From Candidatus Latescibacterota bacterium (GTDB taxonomy: Bacteria > Latescibacterota > CBDEFO01), in assembly GCA_965248755.1 (NCBI GenBank), contig OZ252149.1, positions 2,240,001 to 2,304,000 of the forward strand: a DNA stretch of 64,000 bases, read 5' to 3'. Every line of letters starts with the position of its first letter. The stretch's first letter is position 1. Shown here piece after piece: positions 38,283 to 48,066 of the stretch. The notes under the pieces are model-generated. The model made no database searches. It was given only the letters and a program-made list of their open reading frames with translations, and was not told the origin of the DNA. A program made the translations under genes and the position numbers.

Positions 38283-39872
38283 ATGAGTGAGAGACACGAA
38301 ATCATGTTCGAGACGGATGGTCGTCACTCAAGCGTCTACCTATACGAACCTCCGATGGGCGTGAGGCAGTACGTGGAGCCTATAGACGAGGTCCTGGATC
38401 TGGGCATCGATACCATCAGCTACGTGGTGGGAGATTGCAGCGTGCTGCTCTACGACACCAAGGTAGGCGAGCGATGGGGGCACAACGTTGACCTGGCCAA
38501 CCATGAAGTCTATTACAAAGCCGCCCAGAACTGCGAGGCCATGATCAAGAGCGGCTACGACCCACTCATGGTCGTCTGCGAGCATGCCCATAAGCGGGAC
38601 CTCAAGTTTCTACCCCATCTCCTTCTGAATATGTCTCACGTAGACCACGATCGGGTAACCAGCTGCCGCGTCGCTGACTTTACCACTGAGCACCCTGAGT
38701 GGCAGGTCGGTGAGGAACTCGACTACCCCGAAGCAGAATTCGACCAACCAAGCCGCCTGTCGTACACCGTGCCCGAGGTTCGGGAAAACCGGATGGCGGT
38801 CATCCGAGAACTGCTAGGCGACTACCCGACCGACGGTATTGAGATTAACTTCCATGACTACGCACCCTTCATAGCCCGCAGGGAAGTGGCCGAGCACACC
38901 GACACCGTGACCGACTGGGTGCGGCAGATCAGCCAGGCTTGCGACGAGGCCGCCCGGACACAGGGCCGGCAGAAGCGGCTGGTGGCCCGAATCTCCGCGA
39001 CCCTGGAGGGCAGCAGGCTTATTGGCCACGATGTCGAAACGTGGGTAAAGGAAGGGCTGGTAGACACTATTGTGGCGATGACGGTCGGCGGCGACTTCTC
39101 CAGCGAGACGGCGCGGCTTCGGGAGATCGTAACGCTCGCAGAGGACACGGGCATACCAGTTATTGCCGGTCTGGACAGCGTCGGTCAGGAGCAGACGGCA
39201 GAGGTGCATCGCGCCGCCGTCGTCAATGCCTACAACGCTGGTGTGCAGGGCATTCTCTATCATCGGTACTATCCGCCGCCACATCGCTACCCGTACACGA
39301 CCCAAGACACGGACCGCCTTCGCTACCTCGCCTACCCGGACGTTGTGGCACACAAAGACAAGACCTTCCACGTAGGACCTGGAGCAGACCGACCTAAAGC
39401 CGCCACATATGGCCTCACAGAACAGCTACCGCAGGAGCTAAAGGTCGGTGATCGGGGTAAGGAGATCACCATTGACGTGGCCGACGACATCGCCTCCAAG
39501 CAGGCAGCAGGCGAGTTATGGCGCTGCGAGCTACGGATCATGCTACACGAAATGCTTCGCGCCGATGAGGTACGAATGTACTGGAACGGCGCAGTGGTGC
39601 CGGAGGATCGGATTCGCAAGGTGGACTGGGTGTTCCAGATGCGGCCAAGCGCGGGCGTACGGGGCTACCGTCTCCATGTCGATCTAACGGACGGATTGCT
39701 GCCAAACAAGGACACCAACAGGCTGCGCGTCGACCTGCTGAAGAAGGACGAGACGCTCATCCACCCGATCTCGATCACCGACGTGGACGTGCTGGTTGAG
39801 TACCTGCCACACCGCAACGCTCTCCGCAACGACGAGACATATGCGGGTGCAGCAGTGACTTTCACGCCGTAG
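38283..39872 (+). CDS. Glycoside-hydrolase-like TIM-barrel protein (GHL10-like) of unknown specificity
   Basis: GYDPL....EHAH..., HPEW, Y.VPEVR, YPTDGIEINF, DVETWVKEGLVD. Confidence 0.75.
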   Translation: MSERHEIMFETDGRHSSVYLYEPPMGVRQYVEPIDEVLDLGIDTISYVVGDCSVLLYDTKVGERWGHNVDLANHEVYYKAAQNCEAMIKSGYDPLMVVCEHAHKRDLKFLPHLLLNMSHVDHDRVTSCRVADFTTEHPEWQVGEELDYPEAEFDQPSRLSYTVPEVRENRMAVIRELLGDYPTDGIEINFHDYAPFIARREVAEHTDTVTDWVRQISQACDEAARTQGRQKRLVARISATLEGSRLIGHDVETWVKEGLVDTIVAMTVGGDFSSETARLREIVTLAEDTGIPVIAGLDSVGQEQTAEVHRAAVVNAYNAGVQGILYHRYYPPPHRYPYTTQDTDRLRYLAYPDVVAHKDKTFHVGPGADRPKAATYGLTEQLPQELKVGDRGKEITIDVADDIASKQAAGELWRCELRIMLHEMLRADEVRMYWNGAVVPEDRIRKVDWVFQMRPSAGVRGYRLHVDLTDGLLPNKDTNRLRVDLLKKDETLIHPISITDVDVLVEYLPHRNALRNDETYAGAAVTFTP

Positions 39873-40030
39873 AATGCTGGAAACTCCGTTGGAGCCGCGT
39901 TCCGCATACCGCATAATCGCGGTGCGCTAAGGGCGTAAAGCAGGGCTGGATGCCGTCTGATGCGATAGAGGGTATTCGGATTCAGACTTACATTGTCGAG
40001 TCCTGAGCAGCTATCACTAAGGAGAAACAA

Positions 40031-41845
40031 ATGCCCTATGTAACAACTTTGCTCGTTCTATTGCAAGCTTCCTTCGCAGCCGCTGCTCCCAGAGGGGTCA
40101 GAATTAGTCAATTAGGGGACTGGGATATCGTCATTGCTAAGGATGCCATTCCCAGCGAGGGATATGCAGCCAAGGAGTTCCAGAATTTCTTGAAGCAAGC
40201 CACTGACATTCATCTGCCCATCGTCACTTCGGTGGATAAGGGAAGTAATTTTCATATCTATATCGGAAGCGGCACATCGATGAAATCCAGCCCGGTTGGA
40301 TTTGATGTTCAGGATTTCGGACCGGAAGATCTGCGGATTATCGTTAGCAAGAAGAATATTGCAATTGCCGGGGGCCAGCCCAGAGGAACGCTGTACGGCG
40401 TCTATACGTTTCTTGAAGATTACCTGGGCGTGCGTTTCCTGTCTCAGGACCACACGTATGTGCCTCGTGCAAAGAAACGAGCCATGATCAGCCAAGTGGA
40501 TCGGTCGTATAATCCTCCAATGTCATACCGCTTTAGCGCGTATAAGGTAAACGCGGATCATCCCGAGTTTGCGGCCAGGTTGCGCTGTAATACAGTAACA
40601 CATGACCCCATGCTTGGCGGCACAAGTGATATTATGCTTTTCGGCCATAGCTTCTACCGGCAGGTTCCCTGGAGGGAATACTCGAAGTCAAACCCGGAAT
40701 ATTTTGGCATGCGTGACGATAAGTACATCACCGAAGAAAAAGATGCTCAACTGTGTCTGTCGCATCCCGAAGTGCTTAAAATTGTCACTCAGGCTGTACT
40801 CGACGAGCTTGCGGCTAATCCCGACCAGAAGAGCATCGCCGTTAGCCAAAACGACGGGGGACACAAATGTCGCTGCCCGAAATGTGAGTTAACAGATCAG
40901 CGCGAAGAATCGGGCATGGGGACTCTCTTGCTTTTCGTGAACGCAGTGGCTAAAGAGGTGGCGAAGAAATATCCGGACGTGAAAATCGGCACGCTCGCAT
41001 ACAAGTATTCGCAGAAACCGCCAAAGACAATTAAGGCGCATCCCAATGTAATCGTTCAACTGACGACTCATGATTGCAGCGTAACGGATCTGATTGAAAC
41101 GTCCACGTATTCGGAAAGCGTGAAATTCCGTCAGGACTTAGAGGGCTGGGGTCGAATCTGCGATTATATCAACCTCTGGTATTACAATACCAATTTTGCG
41201 ATATATCAGTTGCCGATACCCAATATGCGCGTTGTTGAGCCAAACATTCGTTATTTTCTGGATAATGGCGTTAAGGGCATCTTTATGCAGGCGGTATATA
41301 ATGCGCCGCAGTCCGGGCTTTCTGATCTGAAGAACTATATGACCAGCCGATTACTGTGGGATCCCAATGAAGATAGCAACAAAGTGATGGACGAGTTTCT
41401 GGATATGCACTACGGCAAGGCCGGTCGCCCGATTCGAAGGTTCATAGATCGTTTACACGAGAGTGCGGAAGAAAAGGGCATACAGTATGGGTGGTCGGGT
41501 ATAGGCGAGAATTTCGGGATTGATGCATCGGTCGTTCGTGCTGGCGTGCAGGCTTTAGATGAGGCTTTTGCATTGACCGATGATCCGACAATTCGTGCTC
41601 GTCTTGAGAAGGCCTCGATTGCCATCCACGCTGCAGCTATGAGCGAGGCCCTTCCCTGGGCATGGTCCGGAAAGGATGGAAAGGTCCCTCCTGACATTGC
41701 TGCACGCACCCGTCCACATTTCAGAGAGTTCTTCAGATTGTGCCAGAAGTACGGCATAACGATGTGGAATGAAGCTGTGCCTATGGATGAGATGTATTAC
41801 TTCCTGAAGGTGGATTTTGGCATGAAGCGCGATGAGCCCTGGTGA
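40031..41845 (+). CDS. Secreted DUF4838-like protein
   Basis: Signal peptide; GG.PRGTLYGVY.FLEDYLGVRF, PEYF, QLCLSHP, SQND...C.C..C, TLAY. Confidence 0.85.
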   Translation: MPYVTTLLVLLQASFAAAAPRGVRISQLGDWDIVIAKDAIPSEGYAAKEFQNFLKQATDIHLPIVTSVDKGSNFHIYIGSGTSMKSSPVGFDVQDFGPEDLRIIVSKKNIAIAGGQPRGTLYGVYTFLEDYLGVRFLSQDHTYVPRAKKRAMISQVDRSYNPPMSYRFSAYKVNADHPEFAARLRCNTVTHDPMLGGTSDIMLFGHSFYRQVPWREYSKSNPEYFGMRDDKYITEEKDAQLCLSHPEVLKIVTQAVLDELAANPDQKSIAVSQNDGGHKCRCPKCELTDQREESGMGTLLLFVNAVAKEVAKKYPDVKIGTLAYKYSQKPPKTIKAHPNVIVQLTTHDCSVTDLIETSTYSESVKFRQDLEGWGRICDYINLWYYNTNFAIYQLPIPNMRVVEPNIRYFLDNGVKGIFMQAVYNAPQSGLSDLKNYMTSRLLWDPNEDSNKVMDEFLDMHYGKAGRPIRRFIDRLHESAEEKGIQYGWSGIGENFGIDASVVRAGVQALDEAFALTDDPTIRARLEKASIAIHAAAMSEALPWAWSGKDGKVPPDIAARTRPHFREFFRLCQKYGITMWNEAVPMDEMYYFLKVDFGMKRDEPW

Positions 41846-41924
41846 GAGAGAGTATGTTTAGGCACGAACAGAAGCGCACTTCGAGATTTTCGGCTACGTC
41901 ATGATGCGCCAATGCTACTCGCCG

Positions 41925-42142
41925 TTGAGATCGAGGTGCTCGGCCGGGAATTCCAGTCCATTATCTCCTAGCACCTGAACAAGCCCGATCTAGTCCAGAT
42001 ATGGTCTTGCGTGATTGACTTGGCCCTGGAGCATCCAGAGTTGATCGAAATGTTCGTTGAAGACGATCACATGTTCCACGTGATCGAAACGCTGCTGGGA
42101 TCGGACTTCGTCTGGTGTGGGGCCAACATGCAAGCCGTTTAA
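41925..42142 (+). pseudogene. Fragment resembling a PhyH-family dioxygenase
   Basis: LEHPEL...VEDD....IETLLGSDFVW.G; internal TAG, no clear start. Confidence 0.45.
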
Positions 42143-42208
42143 TAGAATAGTAGGGGCGGGAGTATTATGCACAATTCACACACAGATTTGGCAATCGTAC
42201 CTGGCAAT

Positions 42209-42229
42209 CCCCGATTGACTCTATCGGGG
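42209..42229 (-). repeat. Family A 21-bp palindrome
   Basis: CCCCGATTGACTCTATCGGGG, identical to 14172-14192. Confidence 0.92.
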
Positions 42230-42261
42230 GTCGGGCGGTACAGCGTTAGGAGGTATGACAA

Positions 42262-43017
42262 ATGAGTTCATTCGGGAAGATAGCCATCGTTACGGGAGCG
42301 GGAACCGGTATTGGCAGGCGAACGACTCTCGCTCTTCTGCAGGAGGGGTATTCCGTTGCACTGGCTGGACGCCGCATGGAGCCCTTAGAGACAACTGCGG
42401 CAGAAGCAGAGCCGTCTGGATCGAAAACACTGGTTGTTCCTACGGACGTGACAGACCCCGCCTCCGTTCGAGCCTTGTTCACCAAGACGAAGGAGACCTT
42501 TGGCCGGCTCGACGTGCTGTTTAACAACGCGGGGATCGGAGCGGGGGGACCCCTGGAAGATCTGACCTACGAGAAATGGAAATCCGTCGTGGACACCAAC
42601 CTGACCGGCACATTTCTGTGTACGCAGGAAGCGTTCAAGATCATGAAGAGTCAGAAACCCAGGGGCGGGCGCATCATCAATAACGGCTCCATATCGGCTC
42701 ACGTACCACGTCCCAACGCTGCGCCCTATACGACCGCTAAGCACGGCGTGACAGGTCTTACTAAGTCGACCGCTTTAGAGGGACGCCAGTACGATATTGC
42801 CTGCGGCCAGATAGACATTGGCAACGCCGAGACTCAGATGACCGACGGAATGCAAGACGGCGTTCCGCAGGCCAATGGATCACTCAAGGTTGAACCTACT
42901 ATGGACGCAGATCATGTAGCGCGCGCAGTGGTGTACATGGCCAATCTCCCTTTGGACGCCAACGTGCCATTTATGACCATCATGGCGACCAAGATGCCCT
43001 ACATCGGGCGAGGCTGA
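42262..43017 (+). CDS. SDR family oxidoreductase
   Basis: [30 protein letters not shown]. Confidence 0.95.
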   Translation: MSSFGKIAIVTGAGTGIGRRTTLALLQEGYSVALAGRRMEPLETTAAEAEPSGSKTLVVPTDVTDPASVRALFTKTKETFGRLDVLFNNAGIGAGGPLEDLTYEKWKSVVDTNLTGTFLCTQEAFKIMKSQKPRGGRIINNGSISAHVPRPNAAPYTTAKHGVTGLTKSTALEGRQYDIACGQIDIGNAETQMTDGMQDGVPQANGSLKVEPTMDADHVARAVVYMANLPLDANVPFMTIMATKMPYIGRG

Positions 43018-43025
43018 TCCTCGAT

Positions 43026-43062
43026 CCCCCCCCGATAGATTCAATCGGGGACTCAATCGGAG
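43026..43062 (+). repeat. Nested family A palindrome
   Basis: CCCC[CCCCGATAGATTCAATCGGGG]ACTCAATCGGAG. Confidence 0.9.
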
Positions 43063-43544
43063 ACAAGCGTTGAGGAGGGTTATAAACTGAGCTACTGCTG
43101 AAGCGCTTCCGCTCTCCAAAGGGGAGCGCAAAGATTGGTTTTTTGAACTCTTATAGATGAGGTCTATTGTACAACAAGAATGTTTTTTGAAAAGTCATTG
43201 TAACACAGGAGCTTGGGAGAAGCTTCAAAATTGTCCAATATTGTGCTTCAAGCTTTTGATTTCTTACTGGTTCATAACAAATACCTCTACTATTACGGAA
43301 TACGTCTAATATAATAAGGGTAATCTCTGGGGTAGCGGTGCTGGTCGCTATCTCCTATCTGACATGAGAGGACTTTAACTTTCCGCATTTACTTTCAGCG
43401 GGGATACGGTTCTTTATATCGCTGTCGGATGTCCTTATACTCAACGTCGGAGATAACTTTCTTATTCTTCTCGTATTCCACAGTCTCGACCGAGGTACCC
43501 TGGATTTCATCTCGCTCAGACGGTCCTTGCGGTTGATACGGCTT

Positions 43545-45101
43545 TCAGTCGTGGGCTGGGGCCATGCGCCATGCCTCGAAGGATTCGAAGTTTGTGCCTC
43601 CGCCACGGGAGAAGAGGCGCACGCCCAGGCTGTCGGGGTGGGTCGGGTAGATCCGCTGCGTGATGCACTGGCGTCCGTTCGCAAACACCTCCAGAACCGA
43701 CCGGTCTAGGAAGATGCGGAGCTTGAGTGGCTCTCCGGCAGCCAGGTCAAACGGAGCCTCCTGGGCCTGGACAACCCTCGCCTCTTCAGGCAACCGTTCG
43801 AGCGCCTGTGAGTTGCGGTAGTGGTTGTATCGGATGCCCTTATCCAGAGTCGATTGGCTTATGTCCACTTTCAGCTTCCCGGCAGACGCATTGTACACAA
43901 CAGCCGTCTGCTCTGCGCCGTCGGGAGAGCATCGCACCTTCACACCGAATTCTTGGGCGTCCTCCGGTTCCATCTCCACCGCCAATTCCAGGCAGTCGCC
44001 TCGGACATCGTCCACGACCAGCTCTGAATCAGCTGTCAGTCGCATTTCCCGGCAAACACTGGGATTCATCCGGAGCACCTCCAGTTCGGGCGCCGGCTCA
44101 ATGCGCAACGTGCCGTCCTTGTCCAACCGGAGAATCCTCGGCAGCGTCATCACCCCGGACCAGCCCGACGCTCGTTCCCTTTCGGGATCTCGAAGCTCGC
44201 GTATCCAGTCAAAGAAAATACGGCGTCCCTTCCCGTCCAATAACGTTCTGGGACCACCAAGTTGACCGCCGGGCCAACTCATCCAGCCATGGCTTTCCGG
44301 GGAGTACCGACTGCCCTCCAACCGCCCGAGATAGTACTGAGTAGTCTGCAGATGACTCGTAAACAGCAGCATGTGCCTGTCTCCCAATGGGAAGAAATCA
44401 GGCACAGCGCAGTCCTCGTCGGCTTCGGTCCACCGCCGCTCCGATTGGTAAAAGGGCCCGACGTACTCCCAGTGGACCAGATCCGGTGATTTGAACAGGG
44501 ACGTCCCATCGCCCTGGACGCCCGGAATACGATTGCCAATAAGCGCATAATAGTTTTCACCGTCCACCCACGCGCACGGATCGAAAACTTTGTACTTCCC
44601 GTGGCCGGGGTCACCCGGCTTCGGCACCCGAATCACCGGGTTGGCCGGGTGCTTGGTCCAGCTAATTAACGTGTCGTCGTGGCTTGTGGCGATACACGTC
44701 CCTTCGGGTATTCCATGGTAGATAACGGTCGGAACGCCTTCTCTGTTCACGAATGCCCCCCCGCTGTAACAACCATCGCGATCAGGTCCATCGAGTGTCG
44801 GCGTAAGCGCGATGGGATGTTGGACCCAGTGCACCAGATCCACGCTGGAGGCATGTCCCCACTGTATCCATTTCCAGTAGCCGCCCTCGGGGTTGTGCTG
44901 GTAGAAGATATGGTATCGGCCTTTCCAGAAGATCGCCCCATTGATGTCATTCATCCAGGCCCACAGCGGCATGAAATGATACCCCGGCCTATGGGGATCA
45001 CGGTAGAATCCTTCTTTCAACTCCTGGGCAGAGCCGATCAGTTTTTCCTTCCGCTGGATTTCGGCCTCGAAGTCCATTGAGTGTTTCTCCCCTTTTGCCA
45101 T
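43545..45101 (-). CDS. Glycoside hydrolase family 32 (beta-fructofuranosidase-like)
   Basis: WMNDING, WGHASSVDLVHW, SGGA, FDP, DCAVPDFF, DRSVLEVF. Confidence 0.92.
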   Translation of the reverse strand: MAKGEKHSMDFEAEIQRKEKLIGSAQELKEGFYRDPHRPGYHFMPLWAWMNDINGAIFWKGRYHIFYQHNPEGGYWKWIQWGHASSVDLVHWVQHPIALTPTLDGPDRDGCYSGGAFVNREGVPTVIYHGIPEGTCIATSHDDTLISWTKHPANPVIRVPKPGDPGHGKYKVFDPCAWVDGENYYALIGNRIPGVQGDGTSLFKSPDLVHWEYVGPFYQSERRWTEADEDCAVPDFFPLGDRHMLLFTSHLQTTQYYLGRLEGSRYSPESHGWMSWPGGQLGGPRTLLDGKGRRIFFDWIRELRDPERERASGWSGVMTLPRILRLDKDGTLRIEPAPELEVLRMNPSVCREMRLTADSELVVDDVRGDCLELAVEMEPEDAQEFGVKVRCSPDGAEQTAVVYNASAGKLKVDISQSTLDKGIRYNHYRNSQALERLPEEARVVQAQEAPFDLAAGEPLKLRIFLDRSVLEVFANGRQCITQRIYPTHPDSLGVRLFSRGGGTNFESFEAWRMAPAHD

Positions 45102-45284
45102 ACTCCTGTCCTAGTAAGTCGTAACGAAAGTCTCAGTTGCTGCGCCCGTGGGTGCATACGATCCTGGCTGCTCCTTTCCGCTTTACTTTCCTTATCGTAC
45201 CTGCCAATAGATAACTGGCCTTTGGTTTCAGATTCAGAGATGTCCGTCTCCCCACGAACTCAGAAAGTATCGCCTTATCGGTCT

Positions 45285-45389
45285 CCAGAAAGGTAATATC
45301 CAAACTACCGATGAACTGGCCCAGAACGTTTTGAGTTACCTAAGTAATCGGAGCTGATGTCTGCTCATTAAAGGCGGAGTTGGAAACTC
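45285..45389. repeat. Conserved non-coding block downstream of a Nif3 gene, copy 1
   Basis: 45310-45375 is identical to 46340-46405 (66 nt). Confidence 0.95.
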
Positions 45390-45409
45390 CTTGTTATCCA
45401 CAGTTTCAT

Positions 45410-46219
45410 TCACAAATTACTATAAGGGAACTCAACATCCACATATTCAACGGGCACTCCCGGGAATATCCCTCCAAGGTATACCGCCATTTCCTGCATG
45501 CCTGGCTTCTCTGAAGTGGCATGATTGACTATGAGAACAGGTATGCCTAAATCTACAGCCCAAAGACCTCCATCCCAGAAGTTCATGCCATCATCGGTTG
45601 CCAGAATAAGGTCGGCATTCAGCTCATACATAGTCGGCAGACGGGTAACAGCCCCTGTGCCGACAGCCATACGACTGACCCGTTTCTGCCTGTCACCGAA
45701 TATGAGCACCGTATCTTGTCCAAGGCTCCTCACTCTCTGGAGAACATGCTGGGCCGCCTCCTCCACGGTCATATTCCCCAACAAGCAGATCTTGTAGTAG
45801 GATTCCGATGGACGCGGCTCCGTCTCGAAACCCAGAAAAGCAGCCCATGTATCGGGGATTCCCACGTCCGGCATAAGGGTCCATGTGTCGTGACAAAGCA
45901 TCAAAGTAATGTCCAGATCGTCGAGCAACTGCCTCTTTGCTCTTGCGAGTTGATCTGTTGAGGGGCTTCCGTGGTAATTATCGATTGCCGATTTCGCCCT
46001 GGCAAGCATAAGATGGTAGAACGCGGGTTGATGGCTGATGAACACGTTGAGTCCCTTGTCAGAGGCCTGCTTCAAAGCGGAATTAGTTGGACTCCAGGCC
46101 GTCGCGATCCCCTTTACTTCCGCATCTGGATCCCCGTGCAGGAACTGGTCATTCGTGTTATCCCAGTCCACCCAGGTTCCGACCTCCTGAAAGTGCTCCA
46201 TAATTTCCTTAGCTTTCAT
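45410..46219 (-). CDS. Nif3-like dinuclear metal-centre protein, paralog 1
   Basis: GDPDAEVKGIA, SHQP, HD.W, GTGA, NHATSE.PG. Confidence 0.88.
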   Translation of the reverse strand: MKAKEIMEHFQEVGTWVDWDNTNDQFLHGDPDAEVKGIATAWSPTNSALKQASDKGLNVFISHQPAFYHLMLARAKSAIDNYHGSPSTDQLARAKRQLLDDLDITLMLCHDTWTLMPDVGIPDTWAAFLGFETEPRPSESYYKICLLGNMTVEEAAQHVLQRVRSLGQDTVLIFGDRQKRVSRMAVGTGAVTRLPTMYELNADLILATDDGMNFWDGGLWAVDLGIPVLIVNHATSEKPGMQEMAVYLGGIFPGVPVEYVDVEFPYSNL

Positions 46220-46314
46220 TGGACTTCTCCTTATCTAAGCCGTAATGAATTCTCCGATCTTTCCATTGCAGTGTTAATATCCCAAGATAGATCTCTCTGC
46301 GTGAAAGTCGGTCG

Positions 46315-46419
46315 CCAGAAATGTAATACTAAAATTACTGATGAACTGGCCCAGAACGTTTTGAGTTACCTAAGTAATCGGAGCTGATGTCTGCTCATTA
46401 AAGGCAGAGTTGGAGACTC
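46315..46419. repeat. Conserved non-coding block downstream of a Nif3 gene, copy 2
   Basis: See 45285-45389; period 1030 nt. Confidence 0.95.
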
Positions 46420-46439
46420 ATTTTTGTCGAGAGTTTCGC

Positions 46440-47228
46440 TCATAAACTACTATAAGGGAACCCAACATCCACATACTCAACACGTAATCCCGGGAATATC
46501 CTTCTAAGGTATGGTGCCATCTCCTGCATACCCGGCTTCTCTGCAGTGGCATGATTGACTATGAGAACAGGTATCCCCAAATCCGCAGCCCAAAGACCTC
46601 CGCTTTGCCATCCACCCCAGAATCTCATGCCATCATCGGTTGCCAGAAGAAGGTCGGCGTTCAGCTCATACATACTCGGCAGATGGGTAATGGCCCCTGT
46701 GCCGACAGCCATGCGACTGATTCGTTTCTTCCTGTCACCGAATATGAGCACCGTATCTTGTCCAAGGCTCCTCACTTTCTGGAGAACACGCTGCGCTGCC
46801 TCCTCCACGGTCATATCGCCCAACAAGCAGATCTTGTAGTAGGAGTCCGATGGACGCGGCTCCATCTCGAAACCGAAAAGAGCTGCCCACGTATCGGGGA
46901 TTCCCACTTCCGACATAAGGTCCCACAGGTCGTGACAACGCATCATTGTAATGTTTAGCTCATCCAGCAACTGCCTCTTCTCCCTTACCAATCGATCCGC
47001 TGAGGGGGTTCCCTGGTAACCGTGGTAGAACGCCGGTTCATGGGTGATAAACACGTTGAGCCCTTTATCAGAGGCCTCCTTCAAAGCAGCATTAGTTGGG
47101 CTCCAGACCGTTGCAACCCCTTCTACTTCCGCGTCCGGATCGCCGTGCAGGAACTGGTCACCCGTGTTCTCCCAATCCACCCAGGTTCCGATCTCCTGAA
47201 AATGCTCCAGAATCTCCTTAGCTTTCAT
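46440..47228 (-). CDS. Nif3-like dinuclear metal-centre protein, paralog 2
   Basis: THEP, HDLW, NHATAE; collinear with paralog 1. Confidence 0.88.
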   Translation of the reverse strand: MKAKEILEHFQEIGTWVDWENTGDQFLHGDPDAEVEGVATVWSPTNAALKEASDKGLNVFITHEPAFYHGYQGTPSADRLVREKRQLLDELNITMMRCHDLWDLMSEVGIPDTWAALFGFEMEPRPSDSYYKICLLGDMTVEEAAQRVLQKVRSLGQDTVLIFGDRKKRISRMAVGTGAITHLPSMYELNADLLLATDDGMRFWGGWQSGGLWAADLGIPVLIVNHATAEKPGMQEMAPYLRRIFPGLRVEYVDVGFPYSSL

Positions 47229-48066
47229 TGTATTTTTCCTCTCTAAAGGAATACAGTTTTGGAAAAACTAAATCTGCAGCAGCGGAAGTTTTCCTTTTCC
47301 AATCAGGTAATCCGAATTCTAACACATTTTCTCCCTGCGGTCAACAAAAATCTTGACTCTTCCTTGATCCTTCTGGACTTCTGGCACATATCTCCCGGCA
47401 CTCCGGCGTGTCACGGTTGTCCCAGTACACCGTCTCTTCTATGGGAGCGTCGTAGACAAGGGCGATCAGACGATCCATATCCTTGCTGGGCCACTAAGAT
47501 GCCCAGATCCATTTTGGATCTTCGAAAAAATAGGTCCTACAGACTGTAGTGACCGTATCGGCATATCTTGATCTAAAAGCTGCGTGGCGAAGGTGCGCTG
47601 CTGGTCTCAATGAGAAAAGCTTGTTATCCTTCTGCCCAGAAGCTCACGGAGGATTGAATACACAGCCCGTCAGACATCATCACGATCTATTCCTTTTGAT
47701 TATTACAAGGGTGCTTATCTTAGACAAGCTGAATAGTGTGAAAATGTCTTGAACTGAGAAGTTTTCATTGACTTCCACTATTTGCTTATGTATCTTCCCT
47801 CCTGATGAACATATGACCTTGTATCCTTCTTTTCGTAACATATGCTATACATACTCTGTATTAGCTGCACATAGTTCGTCTGAAGCAAGGAAGTCCCTGA
47901 AATGAGACAGAACGGTTCATATACTGTCTGACACGATTAGTCTCTTTGCGTCTGATTGGCTGTATACAAGTTTTGCTGGGACCAACTGACTCTTGTCCTG
48001 GGGATATTCCCAGAATTGTGAAATGGTGGAGAGGCAGAGAGATAAGGTCTTCTATGGAGGTATGTC

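Noticed and set aside
45285..46419. Nif3 downstream repeats as integron attC sites or a DGR template/variable pair
   Set aside because: No RYYYAAC...GTTRRRY ends or long palindrome; the core is identical rather than adenine-mutated; no reverse transcriptase in the window.
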